NCBI GenBank assembly: GCA_050246815.1
Contig: JBFWVI010000027.1
Coordinates: 1-18,560, forward strand
From: Bdellovibrionales bacterium
GTDB lineage: Bacteria; Bdellovibrionota; Bdellovibrionia; Bdellovibrionales; UBA1609
DNA: 18,560 nucleotides
Direction of reading: 5' to 3'
The notes beneath the pieces were generated by a model, which was not told where the DNA came from, made no database searches, and saw only the letters and a list, made by a program, of their open reading frames with translations. Of the stretch, positions 10,137-18,265 are shown piece by piece (position 1 is the first letter of the stretch; the number at the start of each line of letters is the position of its first letter). The translations under genes were made by a program, and so were the position numbers.

Positions 10137-10787
10137 ATGGATAAATTGGTTATTTTTGATTGTGACGGAACCCTGATCGACAGTGAAATCATTGCGGCCA
10201 GAGTGTTTCCCACGGTTTGGTCTTCTATGGGCTTACAGATGACGTCTGATTTTTTTCTTTGCAATTTTGTGGGCACAGGGTTCAACGCCGAGATCGTGAA
10301 GCAGACAATGGCACAGCTCCCTTCAAATGCAGTTGAAATAGCAGAAAAAAAATTTGAAGAAGAAATGGCAAACTATCTTGAGCCGGTGAAAGGAATCCGG
10401 CAGATTCTTGAGTGGCTACCACATCAAGCCTGTGTTGCTTCGAATAGCTCCCTAAATTATATTAAAAAAGCCCTTGTTAAATCTCGTTTAGACCATTTCT
10501 TTGCAGATAGAGTTTACAGCTCGCGCGAATTCGGAAATCCGAAGCCAGCTCCTGATATATTTTTACATGCGGCTAAAGAATCTGGAGCATTACCGGAAAA
10601 CTGTATTGTTATTGAAGACAGTGTATCAGGTATTAAAGGTGCGCAAAATGCAGGAATGACTGTCATTGGGCTGATGGCAGGCCAACATTTTAATCAAGTC
10701 GTAAAAGATCGTTTGTTATCCGCAAAAGCGAATTTTTATTGCTCGTCCGCTGAAGAGCTAAAAGAAGTTATTCAGAACTTGTTTTAA
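10137..10787 (+). CDS. HAD-superfamily phosphatase (subfamily IA)
   Basis: Motif I IFDCDGTLIDSE, motif II VASNS, KPAPDIF, IEDSVSG; start moved to ATG 10137. Confidence 0.93.
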   Translation: MDKLVIFDCDGTLIDSEIIAARVFPTVWSSMGLQMTSDFFLCNFVGTGFNAEIVKQTMAQLPSNAVEIAEKKFEEEMANYLEPVKGIRQILEWLPHQACVASNSSLNYIKKALVKSRLDHFFADRVYSSREFGNPKPAPDIFLHAAKESGALPENCIVIEDSVSGIKGAQNAGMTVIGLMAGQHFNQVVKDRLLSAKANFYCSSAEELKEVIQNLF

Positions 10788-10861
10788 TTTCGGTTGCTCT
10801 AAACCCCTGGCTTTAAGGCCGCAGTGTGATCTGAAACGCAAAGACTCATGTTCAAAACGAA

Positions 10862-10877
10862 TTCTTCGCGCGAAGAA
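10862..10877. repeat. Perfect 16-bp palindrome TTCTTCGCGCGAAGAA
   Basis: Read directly; lies between convergent genes, so it may be a terminator or binding site. Confidence 0.7.
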
Positions 10878-10909
10878 AGTTTGACCTCACGGAGTCCTAT
10901 AGCCGCGAC

Positions 10910-10941
10910 CTGGGACAGGGCTGGAAGCCGGAGGCCCGAAG
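10910..10941 (-). repeat. Right copy of the degenerate inverted repeat (partner 10021-10052)
   Basis: Same manual alignment as the left copy. Confidence 0.35.
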
Positions 10942-10989
10942 TCAATCACCAGAGCTGTCCACCCCACTTTTGACGCGACGCTAAACCAA

Positions 10990-11006
10990 AAGGTGCCAGG
11001 CACCTT
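10990..11006 (-). terminator. Palindrome AAGGTGCC-A-GGCACCTT; REP-like or terminator of the lipoprotein gene
   Basis: Perfect 8-bp arms overlapping the TAA of the - strand gene; on the - strand the GC stem is followed by TTTTGGTTT. Confidence 0.6.
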
Positions 11007-11649
11007 AGTGGGTTTCCCAGCCTACGACGCGGCCGGCTTCGAAGTAGACAATTCTTGTTTCTTTTTGGTAGCCGTCGTTTGACGACATGTAACGTGAATA
11101 GCGCCAGCGTTCATTGCCGTAAACCGGATCCCCTGCCACTTCCACCAAATCCGGATCACCCCAGCTTTCGGTGACGGCGCGTTGGCTCATGCCCATCGAA
11201 ATATCACTTTTTTCGATGGTGCTGGCGATGTCGTCGGTGTGCACTTCTTCATTGGCAACCAGCCCGCGGTTGCGGGCCCAACGCTCGCGGGCGTCAACCG
11301 TAGGTAAGCTTAAGAAGTAAATTCTTTCGGCATCGTTTCGCATCAAACCTTTAAGTTGGTAGTACTGCCGCTTCTCGCGGTGTGATTCCAGTTTGCTTTC
11401 CAAACGGCGCACACGCAGACGGCTTTCAAGCAGCGCCTGTTCGCCTTCACTCAGTTGGCGATCATGGCTCCATCCCAAGTCCTCACGAACTTGGTTTTCG
11501 TCGTTTCTTTGGCGTTCTTGGTAAAAGTCCGAGGCTCGATAGACGGTCATATCTTCGGCGTAACCGCTGCGGGGATCTCGGGTCAGCCCGGCACAAGCCG
11601 AAAGTCCAAGTAGGGTGCTTAAAAGTACGAAAAGTTTCATCCTGTCCAT
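11005..11649 (-). CDS. Predicted lipoprotein with C-terminal BamE/SmpA-like domain
   Basis: ATG 11649 with AGAGG SD; lipobox LSAC; C-terminal ISMGMSQRAVTESWGDP...ERWRY...IVYFEAGRVVGW resembles the SmpA/OmlA fold. Confidence 0.75.
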   Translation of the reverse strand: MDRMKLFVLLSTLLGLSACAGLTRDPRSGYAEDMTVYRASDFYQERQRNDENQVREDLGWSHDRQLSEGEQALLESRLRVRRLESKLESHREKRQYYQLKGLMRNDAERIYFLSLPTVDARERWARNRGLVANEEVHTDDIASTIEKSDISMGMSQRAVTESWGDPDLVEVAGDPVYGNERWRYSRYMSSNDGYQKETRIVYFEAGRVVGWETH

Positions 11650-11684
11650 GGAGTGACCTCTCTTGAGTGGTTGCCTTTGGTGTT

Positions 11685-11711
11685 GTATCGGATCAAGACA
11701 GGCATTTTTTA
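11685..11711 (-). promoter_or_regulatory. Sigma28 (FliA)-type promoter of the lipoprotein gene
   Basis: On - strand TAAA(11711-11708)-N15-TCCGATAC(11692-11685), close to TAAA-N15-GCCGATAA. Confidence 0.65.
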
Positions 11712-11751
11712 AGTCCCGTCCGGCTGAAATATTTGCCATACTCATCAGCAG

Positions 11752-12705
11752 ATGGCTGAAACAGAAGTAAAATCCGCCGCACCGAGCCCCGACGTTAAGC
11801 CGGATGAGGTCTCCTTAGAGGAAATCGACCGTCTTTTGGAGGCCGATGATCCTGAATTCACCAAGTCCTTGGACCAGATCAAAGAAGTTGGGGTTGAAGG
11901 TGAAGTGACGATTGAAAGTGCGGTGCCCGCAGATGAAAGCCTCTCAGCCGAGGCCGAAGAGGAAAAGCAGGTCAAATACCCCCGTTTAGCCAAGCTTCTT
12001 AAGCCCTGGCAGATATTAAAGACCAAAAGTTACACTCGCTGGCTGCGCCTAAAAAACTTTGCCGTGATCAGCGCCCGCCAGCTTATGATTCACGCTCGAA
12101 CTTTGCCTGTCGAGTTTTTTGGCTATTTGAAATCCACCGGCAAGGCCGTATTGGCCATGGTCCGTCAATTGGTCGGCCATATTCGCGCGCTCAGCTGGGG
12201 CAAACGACTCGCTTGGTTGGGGTTTTTAGGGTTTACGGCAGGTGCGTTGATTTTGCTGAAAATGAACATCGGCGGAGTTTGGTTGCCGGGTTTCAATGAG
12301 GCCATCATCACCGACATGACCCATGAGGCTGATCAGGTGCATGAGATCAATGCCAATGACCCGATGGTGTCGCTGTTTCGCGCTTTTCCGCAAGAAGAAA
12401 TTGAGTTTCTGTTTCCGAAAGTGATTGTCAATTTGTCCCGCACTCCGGGCCATCCCAACCCCATGGGAGCCTTTGAGTTCTATGCGGTTTTGGACTCAAA
12501 AGATGTGGCTTTAGAAGTCAAAGCCCGCCGCGAAGAATTGCATGATCGTCTGCAGCGGGCTTTAGAGGGGCAAACTTATGGTGAGCTGACAAGCCCCTTA
12601 GGCAAAAAGCGGGTCAAAGATCTTTTGCGTCGCGAGCTGAACGACGTTTTGTCGCAGGGTTGGGTCAAAGATATTTTGATCAAAACAATGGTGATCAAAC
12701 CCTAA
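11752..12705 (+). CDS. fliL: FliL-family protein with long N-terminal extension
   Basis: TM helix around aa 153-170; C-terminal VIVNL...LHDRL...YGELTSPLGKKRVKDLLRRELNDVL...VKDILI matches the FliL domain. Confidence 0.8.
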   Translation: MAETEVKSAAPSPDVKPDEVSLEEIDRLLEADDPEFTKSLDQIKEVGVEGEVTIESAVPADESLSAEAEEEKQVKYPRLAKLLKPWQILKTKSYTRWLRLKNFAVISARQLMIHARTLPVEFFGYLKSTGKAVLAMVRQLVGHIRALSWGKRLAWLGFLGFTAGALILLKMNIGGVWLPGFNEAIITDMTHEADQVHEINANDPMVSLFRAFPQEEIEFLFPKVIVNLSRTPGHPNPMGAFEFYAVLDSKDVALEVKARREELHDRLQRALEGQTYGELTSPLGKKRVKDLLRRELNDVLSQGWVKDILIKTMVIKP

Positions 12706-12728
12706 GTTGGCCTTGTTTCCCGTCTGAT

Positions 12729-14024
12729 CTAACTGCTAATCCCTCTGTCCGCCAGAAGTTGTTTAATATCGATGCCGTAGGTGCGTATGCGATCATGCAA
12801 CGTGCTTTTGGGAATCCCCAAATCCAAAGCCGCTTGGCGCTGGTTGCCTTGATGGGCTAGCAGGCGATCCAAAATCATTTTCAGCTCGAGCTCTTTGATT
12901 GCCGATATTTTTCCACCCGTGCCATTGGGAACCTGCGGCATGGCGCTGATCGGAGGCTCAAAAATTTGTGACAGGTGTTCTGTTTCGATCGTCATGTGCG
13001 GAAAATAGGCCTTGGCGCGCGCCACCACATTGCGCAGCTCGCGGATATTTCCGGGCCAAGTGTGCTCTTTGAGCTTTTGGATCGCCGCGAAACTAAAGCG
13101 CACCCGGTGTTGCTTGGCGAAATGATAGATCAAGTCTTCAAAGTCTTCGGGCCGAGATTGAAGGGCCGGTAAATTTAAGCGCAGCACGTTCAAACGGAAA
13201 AACAGGTCCTCGCGAAAGCGCCCCTGTTGCACCAGGCCCCTTAAATTTTGATGAGTGGCCGAAATCACGCGCACGTTCACCTTGACGTTTTTGTCGGATC
13301 CCAGGGGGCGTACTTCGGCATTTTCAAGGGCACGTAAAAGTTTAGGCTGCAAGGGCAGCGGCAAATCGCCGATTTCATCCAAAAATAAAGTGCCCTGGTG
13401 GGCGGCCACAAAGGCACCGCTGCGATCTTGCAGCGCCCCCGTGAAGCTGCCGCGAACGTGGCCAAATAGCTCACTCTCAATCAGCGATTCACTTAAAGCC
13501 GAACAGTTGACGCTGATTAAGGGCTTGCCGGAGCGAGGCGAAAACCTGTGCAAAGCGCTGGCCAGAACTTCTTTTCCTGCTCCCGAGGGGCCTTGCAGTA
13601 GAACGGGAAGTTCGCTTTCGGCGATTTGCGGCAGCATGGCCAGTTCTTTTTGCCAGATTGGATTGCGGCTGGTGGGCAGCCCTGCATGAATTTTGCTTTC
13701 ACGACTGGAGCTAAAGTGCAGCTCGGTCTGGCCAATCTGCACACGATCACCGTCATGCAACTGGGCTTCTAATACTTGGGCGCCATTGACAAAGGTGCCG
13801 TTGCGACTGCGCAAATCGCGAATCACAAAGCCGCTGTCGCGACGCTCGATGCGCGCGTGCCGGTGGGAAACAAAGGGGTCTTCAGGATGAACCTGATTGG
13901 CCGAATCCCGGCCCATGGTCAAAAGGTCTTTGATTTCAAAAAGCAGGCGATGTGGGGGGCGGTTCAAAAGTAAAAAGCCGGTGGTCAGGATCTCTTGTTT
14001 TTCATTGAGGGTCTCTGTATTCAT
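12729..14024 (-). CDS. FHA-domain sigma54-dependent enhancer-binding protein (FHA, AAA+, Fis-type HTH)
   Basis: FHA motifs GR...VSHRHA...DLRSRNGTFVNG; Walker A GPSGAGKE; ESELFGH..GSFTGA; Walker B LFLDEIG; WPGNIREL; HTH AALDLGIPKSTLHDRI; AAGGA SD. Confidence 0.95.
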   Translation of the reverse strand: MNTETLNEKQEILTTGFLLLNRPPHRLLFEIKDLLTMGRDSANQVHPEDPFVSHRHARIERRDSGFVIRDLRSRNGTFVNGAQVLEAQLHDGDRVQIGQTELHFSSSRESKIHAGLPTSRNPIWQKELAMLPQIAESELPVLLQGPSGAGKEVLASALHRFSPRSGKPLISVNCSALSESLIESELFGHVRGSFTGALQDRSGAFVAAHQGTLFLDEIGDLPLPLQPKLLRALENAEVRPLGSDKNVKVNVRVISATHQNLRGLVQQGRFREDLFFRLNVLRLNLPALQSRPEDFEDLIYHFAKQHRVRFSFAAIQKLKEHTWPGNIRELRNVVARAKAYFPHMTIETEHLSQIFEPPISAMPQVPNGTGGKISAIKELELKMILDRLLAHQGNQRQAALDLGIPKSTLHDRIRTYGIDIKQLLADRGISS

Positions 14025-14064
14025 TCATCAGTCCTTGGTTGTGGGTTTTATTGCATTTGGAATT

Positions 14065-14080
14065 TCAAGCCCCATACCAG
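14065..14080 (-). promoter_or_regulatory. Candidate sigma54 promoter of the FHA activator gene
   Basis: CTGGTATGGGGCTTGA on - strand versus YTGGCACGNNNNTTGC; spacing correct, -12 is GA instead of GC. Confidence 0.45.
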
Positions 14081-14139
14081 CTTCAGGCGGCCAAAAGGCT
14101 TTTTAAGCGGAATTTCATGCGGCAAATCCAGATCAGAAG

Positions 14140-14168
14140 ATGCCATCTCCCAGACAGTGGACTATATT
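14140..14168 (+). promoter_or_regulatory. Candidate sigma70 promoter for leaderless engB transcript
   Basis: ATGCCA-N17-TATATT-N6-ATG(14175); no SD. Confidence 0.5.
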
Positions 14169-14174
14169 GGCTTT

Positions 14175-14750
14175 ATGAAGTTGCAGTTCATCACCTCTGC
14201 GGCCGACCCCCATGGCTGGCCACCACCTGCGAAGCCCGAAATCGCCTTAGCGGGGCGTTCGAATGCGGGTAAGTCGTCGTTTTTGAACGCACTGGGGGGC
14301 AGCAATAAAATCGCCAAGGTCAGCCAGGTCCCAGGCAAAACCCGCCTGCTGAATTTTTTCGAAGCTGGCGAGCATTATCGTCTGGTCGACATGCCCGGCT
14401 ACGGATTTTCTAAGCGTTCTGGTGATGAACAATCCACTTGGGGCGACTTGGTGGAATCCTATGTGTCAGGACGGGAAAACTTGGTTGGAGTTTTACTGTT
14501 GATGGACATTCGCCGTGAGTGGACTCAGGACGAGCAGCAAATCTTGGACTTTGTGCAAAGTCATGGCCGTCGCGTGGCGGTGGCCTTGACAAAAGTGGAC
14601 AGCGTCAGTCGCAACGAGGCGCAAAAATTGAAAAGTAAAATGCAAAAAGAGAGCGGCGAGCGCGATGTGTTTATGACCTCCATTCGCGATGCCAAAAGCG
14701 TGCAAGCAGTGGAAGACTTCATGTTCAGACAATGGGTGAAGGGCTTATGA
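14175..14750 (+). CDS. engB: Ribosome biogenesis GTPase YihA/YsxC/EngB
   Basis: PEIALAGRSNAGKSS (G1), PGKTR (G2), DMPGYG (G3), TKVD (G4); start moved to ATG 14175. Confidence 0.96.
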   Translation: MKLQFITSAADPHGWPPPAKPEIALAGRSNAGKSSFLNALGGSNKIAKVSQVPGKTRLLNFFEAGEHYRLVDMPGYGFSKRSGDEQSTWGDLVESYVSGRENLVGVLLLMDIRREWTQDEQQILDFVQSHGRRVAVALTKVDSVSRNEAQKLKSKMQKESGERDVFMTSIRDAKSVQAVEDFMFRQWVKGL

Positions 14751-15478
14751 ACGCCGTGGGTGTGATTCCAGCGCGGTTTGGCTCCATGCGGTTTCCCGGC
14801 AAACCATTGGCGCTGATTCAAGGTCGTCCGATGCTGACTTGGGTGATTGAGGGCGCAAAACAAAGTCGCCTGCTGAACGAAATCCTAGTTGCCACGGATG
14901 ATCAACGAATCGCCGAGGTGGCCCGACAGTCGGGTGTTCGTGCCATGATGACCGATTCTGACTTGCCGTCGGGCAGTGATCGGGTATGGGCCGCCATTCG
15001 CGATTTGCCGGTCGATGTGGCGGTGAATATTCAAGGCGACGAACCCTTGCTTTCTGGCGAATTACTGGATCGTTTGGTAGAGCCTTTTGCTCAAGACCCA
15101 GGTCTAAATATGGCCACATTGGGGCGCAGTCTAAAGCCCGGGGACTTAAACTCGGAAACAACCGCCAAAATCATTTTAAATGCTCATCACGAAGCGCTTT
15201 ATTTTAGCCGTTTGCCGATTCCATACTCGCGCGTTGACGCTCCGCAAGAAGGTGGGGTATGTCTTAAGCACATTGGGCTATACGCCTACCGCAAAGAATT
15301 TTTAGCCGAATTTTGTGCTCAGCCCCCTGTCCCTTTGGAGCTTGCCGAGGGTTTGGAGCAATTGCGGGCCCTTTACCTGGGGGCACGGATTCGCGTCATC
15401 CAGGTGGAACATGATTCGTGGGGTGTTGACACCCCTGATGACGTGAAGAAAATTGAACAGATACTGGCGAAGAGGTGA
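14747..15478 (+). CDS. kdsB: 3-deoxy-manno-octulosonate cytidylyltransferase
   Basis: IPARFGSMRFPGKPL, SGSDR, NIQGDEP, ALYFSR, HIGLYAY, EGLEQLRAL, VDTPDD; ATGA overlap with engB. Confidence 0.97.
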   Translation: MNAVGVIPARFGSMRFPGKPLALIQGRPMLTWVIEGAKQSRLLNEILVATDDQRIAEVARQSGVRAMMTDSDLPSGSDRVWAAIRDLPVDVAVNIQGDEPLLSGELLDRLVEPFAQDPGLNMATLGRSLKPGDLNSETTAKIILNAHHEALYFSRLPIPYSRVDAPQEGGVCLKHIGLYAYRKEFLAEFCAQPPVPLELAEGLEQLRALYLGARIRVIQVEHDSWGVDTPDDVKKIEQILAKR

Positions 15479-15481
15479 TGA

Positions 15482-17272
15482 ATGAAGGCCAAGCGCACCA
15501 CTAAAAAAGCCGCGCAAAAGCGGACCACGGCCAAAGAAGCTTTGTCCAGCCGGCCCGGGCGCTTGGTGCAAAAGTACATCTTCGTCACGGGGGGAGTGGT
15601 TTCGTCGGTTGGCAAAGGTCTGTCTGCGGCGTCTTTAGGCACATTGTTGGAAGCCCGTGGCTATAAAATCACCATGATGAAATTCGACCCGTACATCAAT
15701 GTGGACCCGGGGACGATGTCGCCGTTGCAGCACGGCGAAGTTTATGTCACTGAGGATGGAGCTGAAACCGATTTGGATTTGGGCCACTATGAGCGCTTTA
15801 CCAATGTGTCGGTCAACCGCAGCAACAGCGTGACCGCCGGCCAAATTTACGAAGCGGTGATCGGCAAAGAGCGTCGCGGAGATTATTTGGGCGGAACCGT
15901 GCAAGTGATTCCGCATATCACTGACGAGATCAAGGCGCGCATCTATCAAGGTGCCCAAGGCTCTGAAATTGCCATCATTGAAATCGGCGGCACTGTGGGT
16001 GACATTGAAGGTTTGCCCTTCATCGAGGCCATTCGCCAAATGCGCGTGGATGTGGGTATCGAAAACTCTATTTTTGTGCACGTGACTTTTGTGCCCTACA
16101 TTGCCGCGGCCGGTGAGCTTAAAAGCAAACCGACTCAGCACTCGGTCAAAGAGTTGCGTGAAGTCGGTATTCAACCCGATTTTTTAATCTGCCGCAGCGA
16201 GCGCGAAATTCCCAACGAGTTAAAATCAAAAATCGGCCTGTTTTGCAGCGTGCACCCTGAAAATGTGATTGGTGCTTCGGATGCGAACTCGATTTACGAA
16301 GTGCCGCTGACTTTGCATCAAGAGGGCTTTGACGCCAAAGTGGTCAATCGTCTGGGTTTGGAAGTGAATACGGCCTCCATCAGCGGATGGCAGCGGATGG
16401 TGAAGACCCTGCAGTCTCCGGCTAAAGAGCTAACCATTGGCATTGTCGGCAAATACGTGGATTTACGCGAAAGCTACAAATCTTTGCACGAGGCCATCGT
16501 CCACGGCGGCATTGCCAACAATGCCAAAGTGAAAATCAATTACGTCGATTCTGAAAAGCTGACCAAATCCAATGTGGCGGACGCGCTCAAAGGTGTGGAC
16601 GGCGTGTTGGTGCCGGGAGGTTTTGGCGAGCGCGGAGTTGAAGGCAAGATCGCCGCCATCAACTACGCTCGCGAAAATCGTGTGCCATTTTTTGGAATTT
16701 GTTTCGGTATGCAGTTGGCCGCGATTGAGTTCGCGCGCAATGTCTGTGGTATCCCGGACGCCACCAGTCGGGAGTTTGCGCCCCAGCGTGGCGGCGGGGC
16801 ACGCAATTTCGTGATCGACATTATGGAAGAACAGCGACAAGTCAAAGACATGGGGGGCACGATGCGTTTGGGCTCTTACCCCTGCACTCTGAAAAAAGGC
16901 TCTAAGGCCTTTGCCGCCTACGGTAAATCGGGCATTTTTGAGCGCCATCGTCATCGTTTCGAGTTCAATAACAAATATCGTCCTCTATTTGAAAAGCGTG
17001 GCATGAGCCTGTCCGGGGTCTGCGAAGAGCGGGATCTGGTGGAGATTATCGAAATCCAGGCTCATCCGTGGTTTGTGGGTGTGCAATTCCACCCCGAATT
17101 CAAGTCGAAACCCATGGCACCTCACCCGCTGTTCACGAGCTTTGTGGCCGCCAGCCTTGAGCAGCGCAGCCGTCGTCGAGACCAAAGCGGTCGGATCGCG
17201 GCAGGCAAGGCCCGTGGTGACAGCAAAAAGCCCTTGATGAGCAAAGTGTTGTCTCGTCGTGTGCAGATGTAG
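15482..17272 (+). CDS. pyrG: CTP synthase
   Basis: [63 protein letters not shown]. Confidence 0.99.
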   Translation: MKAKRTTKKAAQKRTTAKEALSSRPGRLVQKYIFVTGGVVSSVGKGLSAASLGTLLEARGYKITMMKFDPYINVDPGTMSPLQHGEVYVTEDGAETDLDLGHYERFTNVSVNRSNSVTAGQIYEAVIGKERRGDYLGGTVQVIPHITDEIKARIYQGAQGSEIAIIEIGGTVGDIEGLPFIEAIRQMRVDVGIENSIFVHVTFVPYIAAAGELKSKPTQHSVKELREVGIQPDFLICRSEREIPNELKSKIGLFCSVHPENVIGASDANSIYEVPLTLHQEGFDAKVVNRLGLEVNTASISGWQRMVKTLQSPAKELTIGIVGKYVDLRESYKSLHEAIVHGGIANNAKVKINYVDSEKLTKSNVADALKGVDGVLVPGGFGERGVEGKIAAINYARENRVPFFGICFGMQLAAIEFARNVCGIPDATSREFAPQRGGGARNFVIDIMEEQRQVKDMGGTMRLGSYPCTLKKGSKAFAAYGKSGIFERHRHRFEFNNKYRPLFEKRGMSLSGVCEERDLVEIIEIQAHPWFVGVQFHPEFKSKPMAPHPLFTSFVAASLEQRSRRRDQSGRIAAGKARGDSKKPLMSKVLSRRVQM

Positions 17273-17281
17273 CGAGGAAAC

Positions 17282-18259
17282 ATGTCCCACATCGAAGAAG
17301 CCCGCCGAGTTTTAAAGATTGAATCTGAAAGTTTAATGAAGCTTGCTGAAAAGTTGGACGATCGCTTTGCGAAAGCGGTCGAAATGATTTTGGCTTGCAC
17401 GGGTAAGGTGATTGTCACCGGCATCGGTAAGTCTGGGCACGTCGGGCGAAAGATTTCGTCAACCTTAAGTTCCACGGGAACGCCGTCGGTTTTTGTTCAT
17501 CCGGCGGAGTCTTCGCATGGAGATTTGGGTGTGATCGCCAAAAACGATTTGGTAGTTGCCATCAGTTACGGCGGTGAAACTGCGGAGCTTGGGCCCTTGC
17601 TTCAGTATGTGGCCCGCAAAAACATTCCCCTGATTGCGCTGACTGGAAACTCAAAAAGCTCATTGGCGCGGGCCGCGATGGTCAGTTTAGATTTGATAAT
17701 CACCGAAGAGGCCTGTCCAATGGGTTTGGCGCCGACCTCCAGCTCGACGGTGACGTTGGCTTTGGGCGATGCTTTGGCGATGGCGGCGCTTAAACAGCGG
17801 GGCTTTCGCAAAGAGGACTATGCCGAATTTCACCCTGGGGGAAGTCTGGGCCGACGGCTGACCACGCGGGTTCGTGATGTGATGCATGTGGGTGAGGCCT
17901 TGCCCGTGGTGCGCCCCGATGAACCTATCGTCAAAGTGGTGTCGATCATGACCGCCAAAGAAGTGCGCGGGGTGGCCGGCGTTGTAGATGACAAAGGTGG
18001 TTTGATTGGTGTTGTAACCGATGGCGATATTCGTCGTCGACTTGAAAAATCACAGGCTCCATTCACAGAAGCCGCCAAAGATTTAATGTCGAAAGCACCA
18101 AAGACCATCGACTGCGAAGAACTGGCCGAAAAGGCGCTGTTTTTGATGCAGCAGTTTCAAATCCAAATTTTGTTTGCGGTGGATCGCACTGCGGCGAACC
18201 CGTTACAGCCTGTGGGCGTGTTGCATTTGCAAGATCTGCTTAAAGCCAATATTCGTTAA
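17282..18259 (+). CDS. kdsD: Arabinose-5-phosphate isomerase (KpsF/GutQ; SIS plus CBS pair)
   Basis: VTGIGKSGHVG, HPAESSHGDLG, EACPMGLAPTSS, FHPGGSLG, GVVTDGDIRR. Confidence 0.95.
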   Translation: MSHIEEARRVLKIESESLMKLAEKLDDRFAKAVEMILACTGKVIVTGIGKSGHVGRKISSTLSSTGTPSVFVHPAESSHGDLGVIAKNDLVVAISYGGETAELGPLLQYVARKNIPLIALTGNSKSSLARAAMVSLDLIITEEACPMGLAPTSSSTVTLALGDALAMAALKQRGFRKEDYAEFHPGGSLGRRLTTRVRDVMHVGEALPVVRPDEPIVKVVSIMTAKEVRGVAGVVDDKGGLIGVVTDGDIRRRLEKSQAPFTEAAKDLMSKAPKTIDCEELAEKALFLMQQFQIQILFAVDRTAANPLQPVGVLHLQDLLKANIR

Positions 18260-18265
18260 GCAACA

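Noticed and set aside
11650..11745. N-terminal extensions in the ORF track for the lipoprotein, engB (13995), HAD (10101), kdsB (14732) and eno (4777)
   Set aside because: Downstream starts fit the SD, promoter, signal peptide or family N-terminus better.
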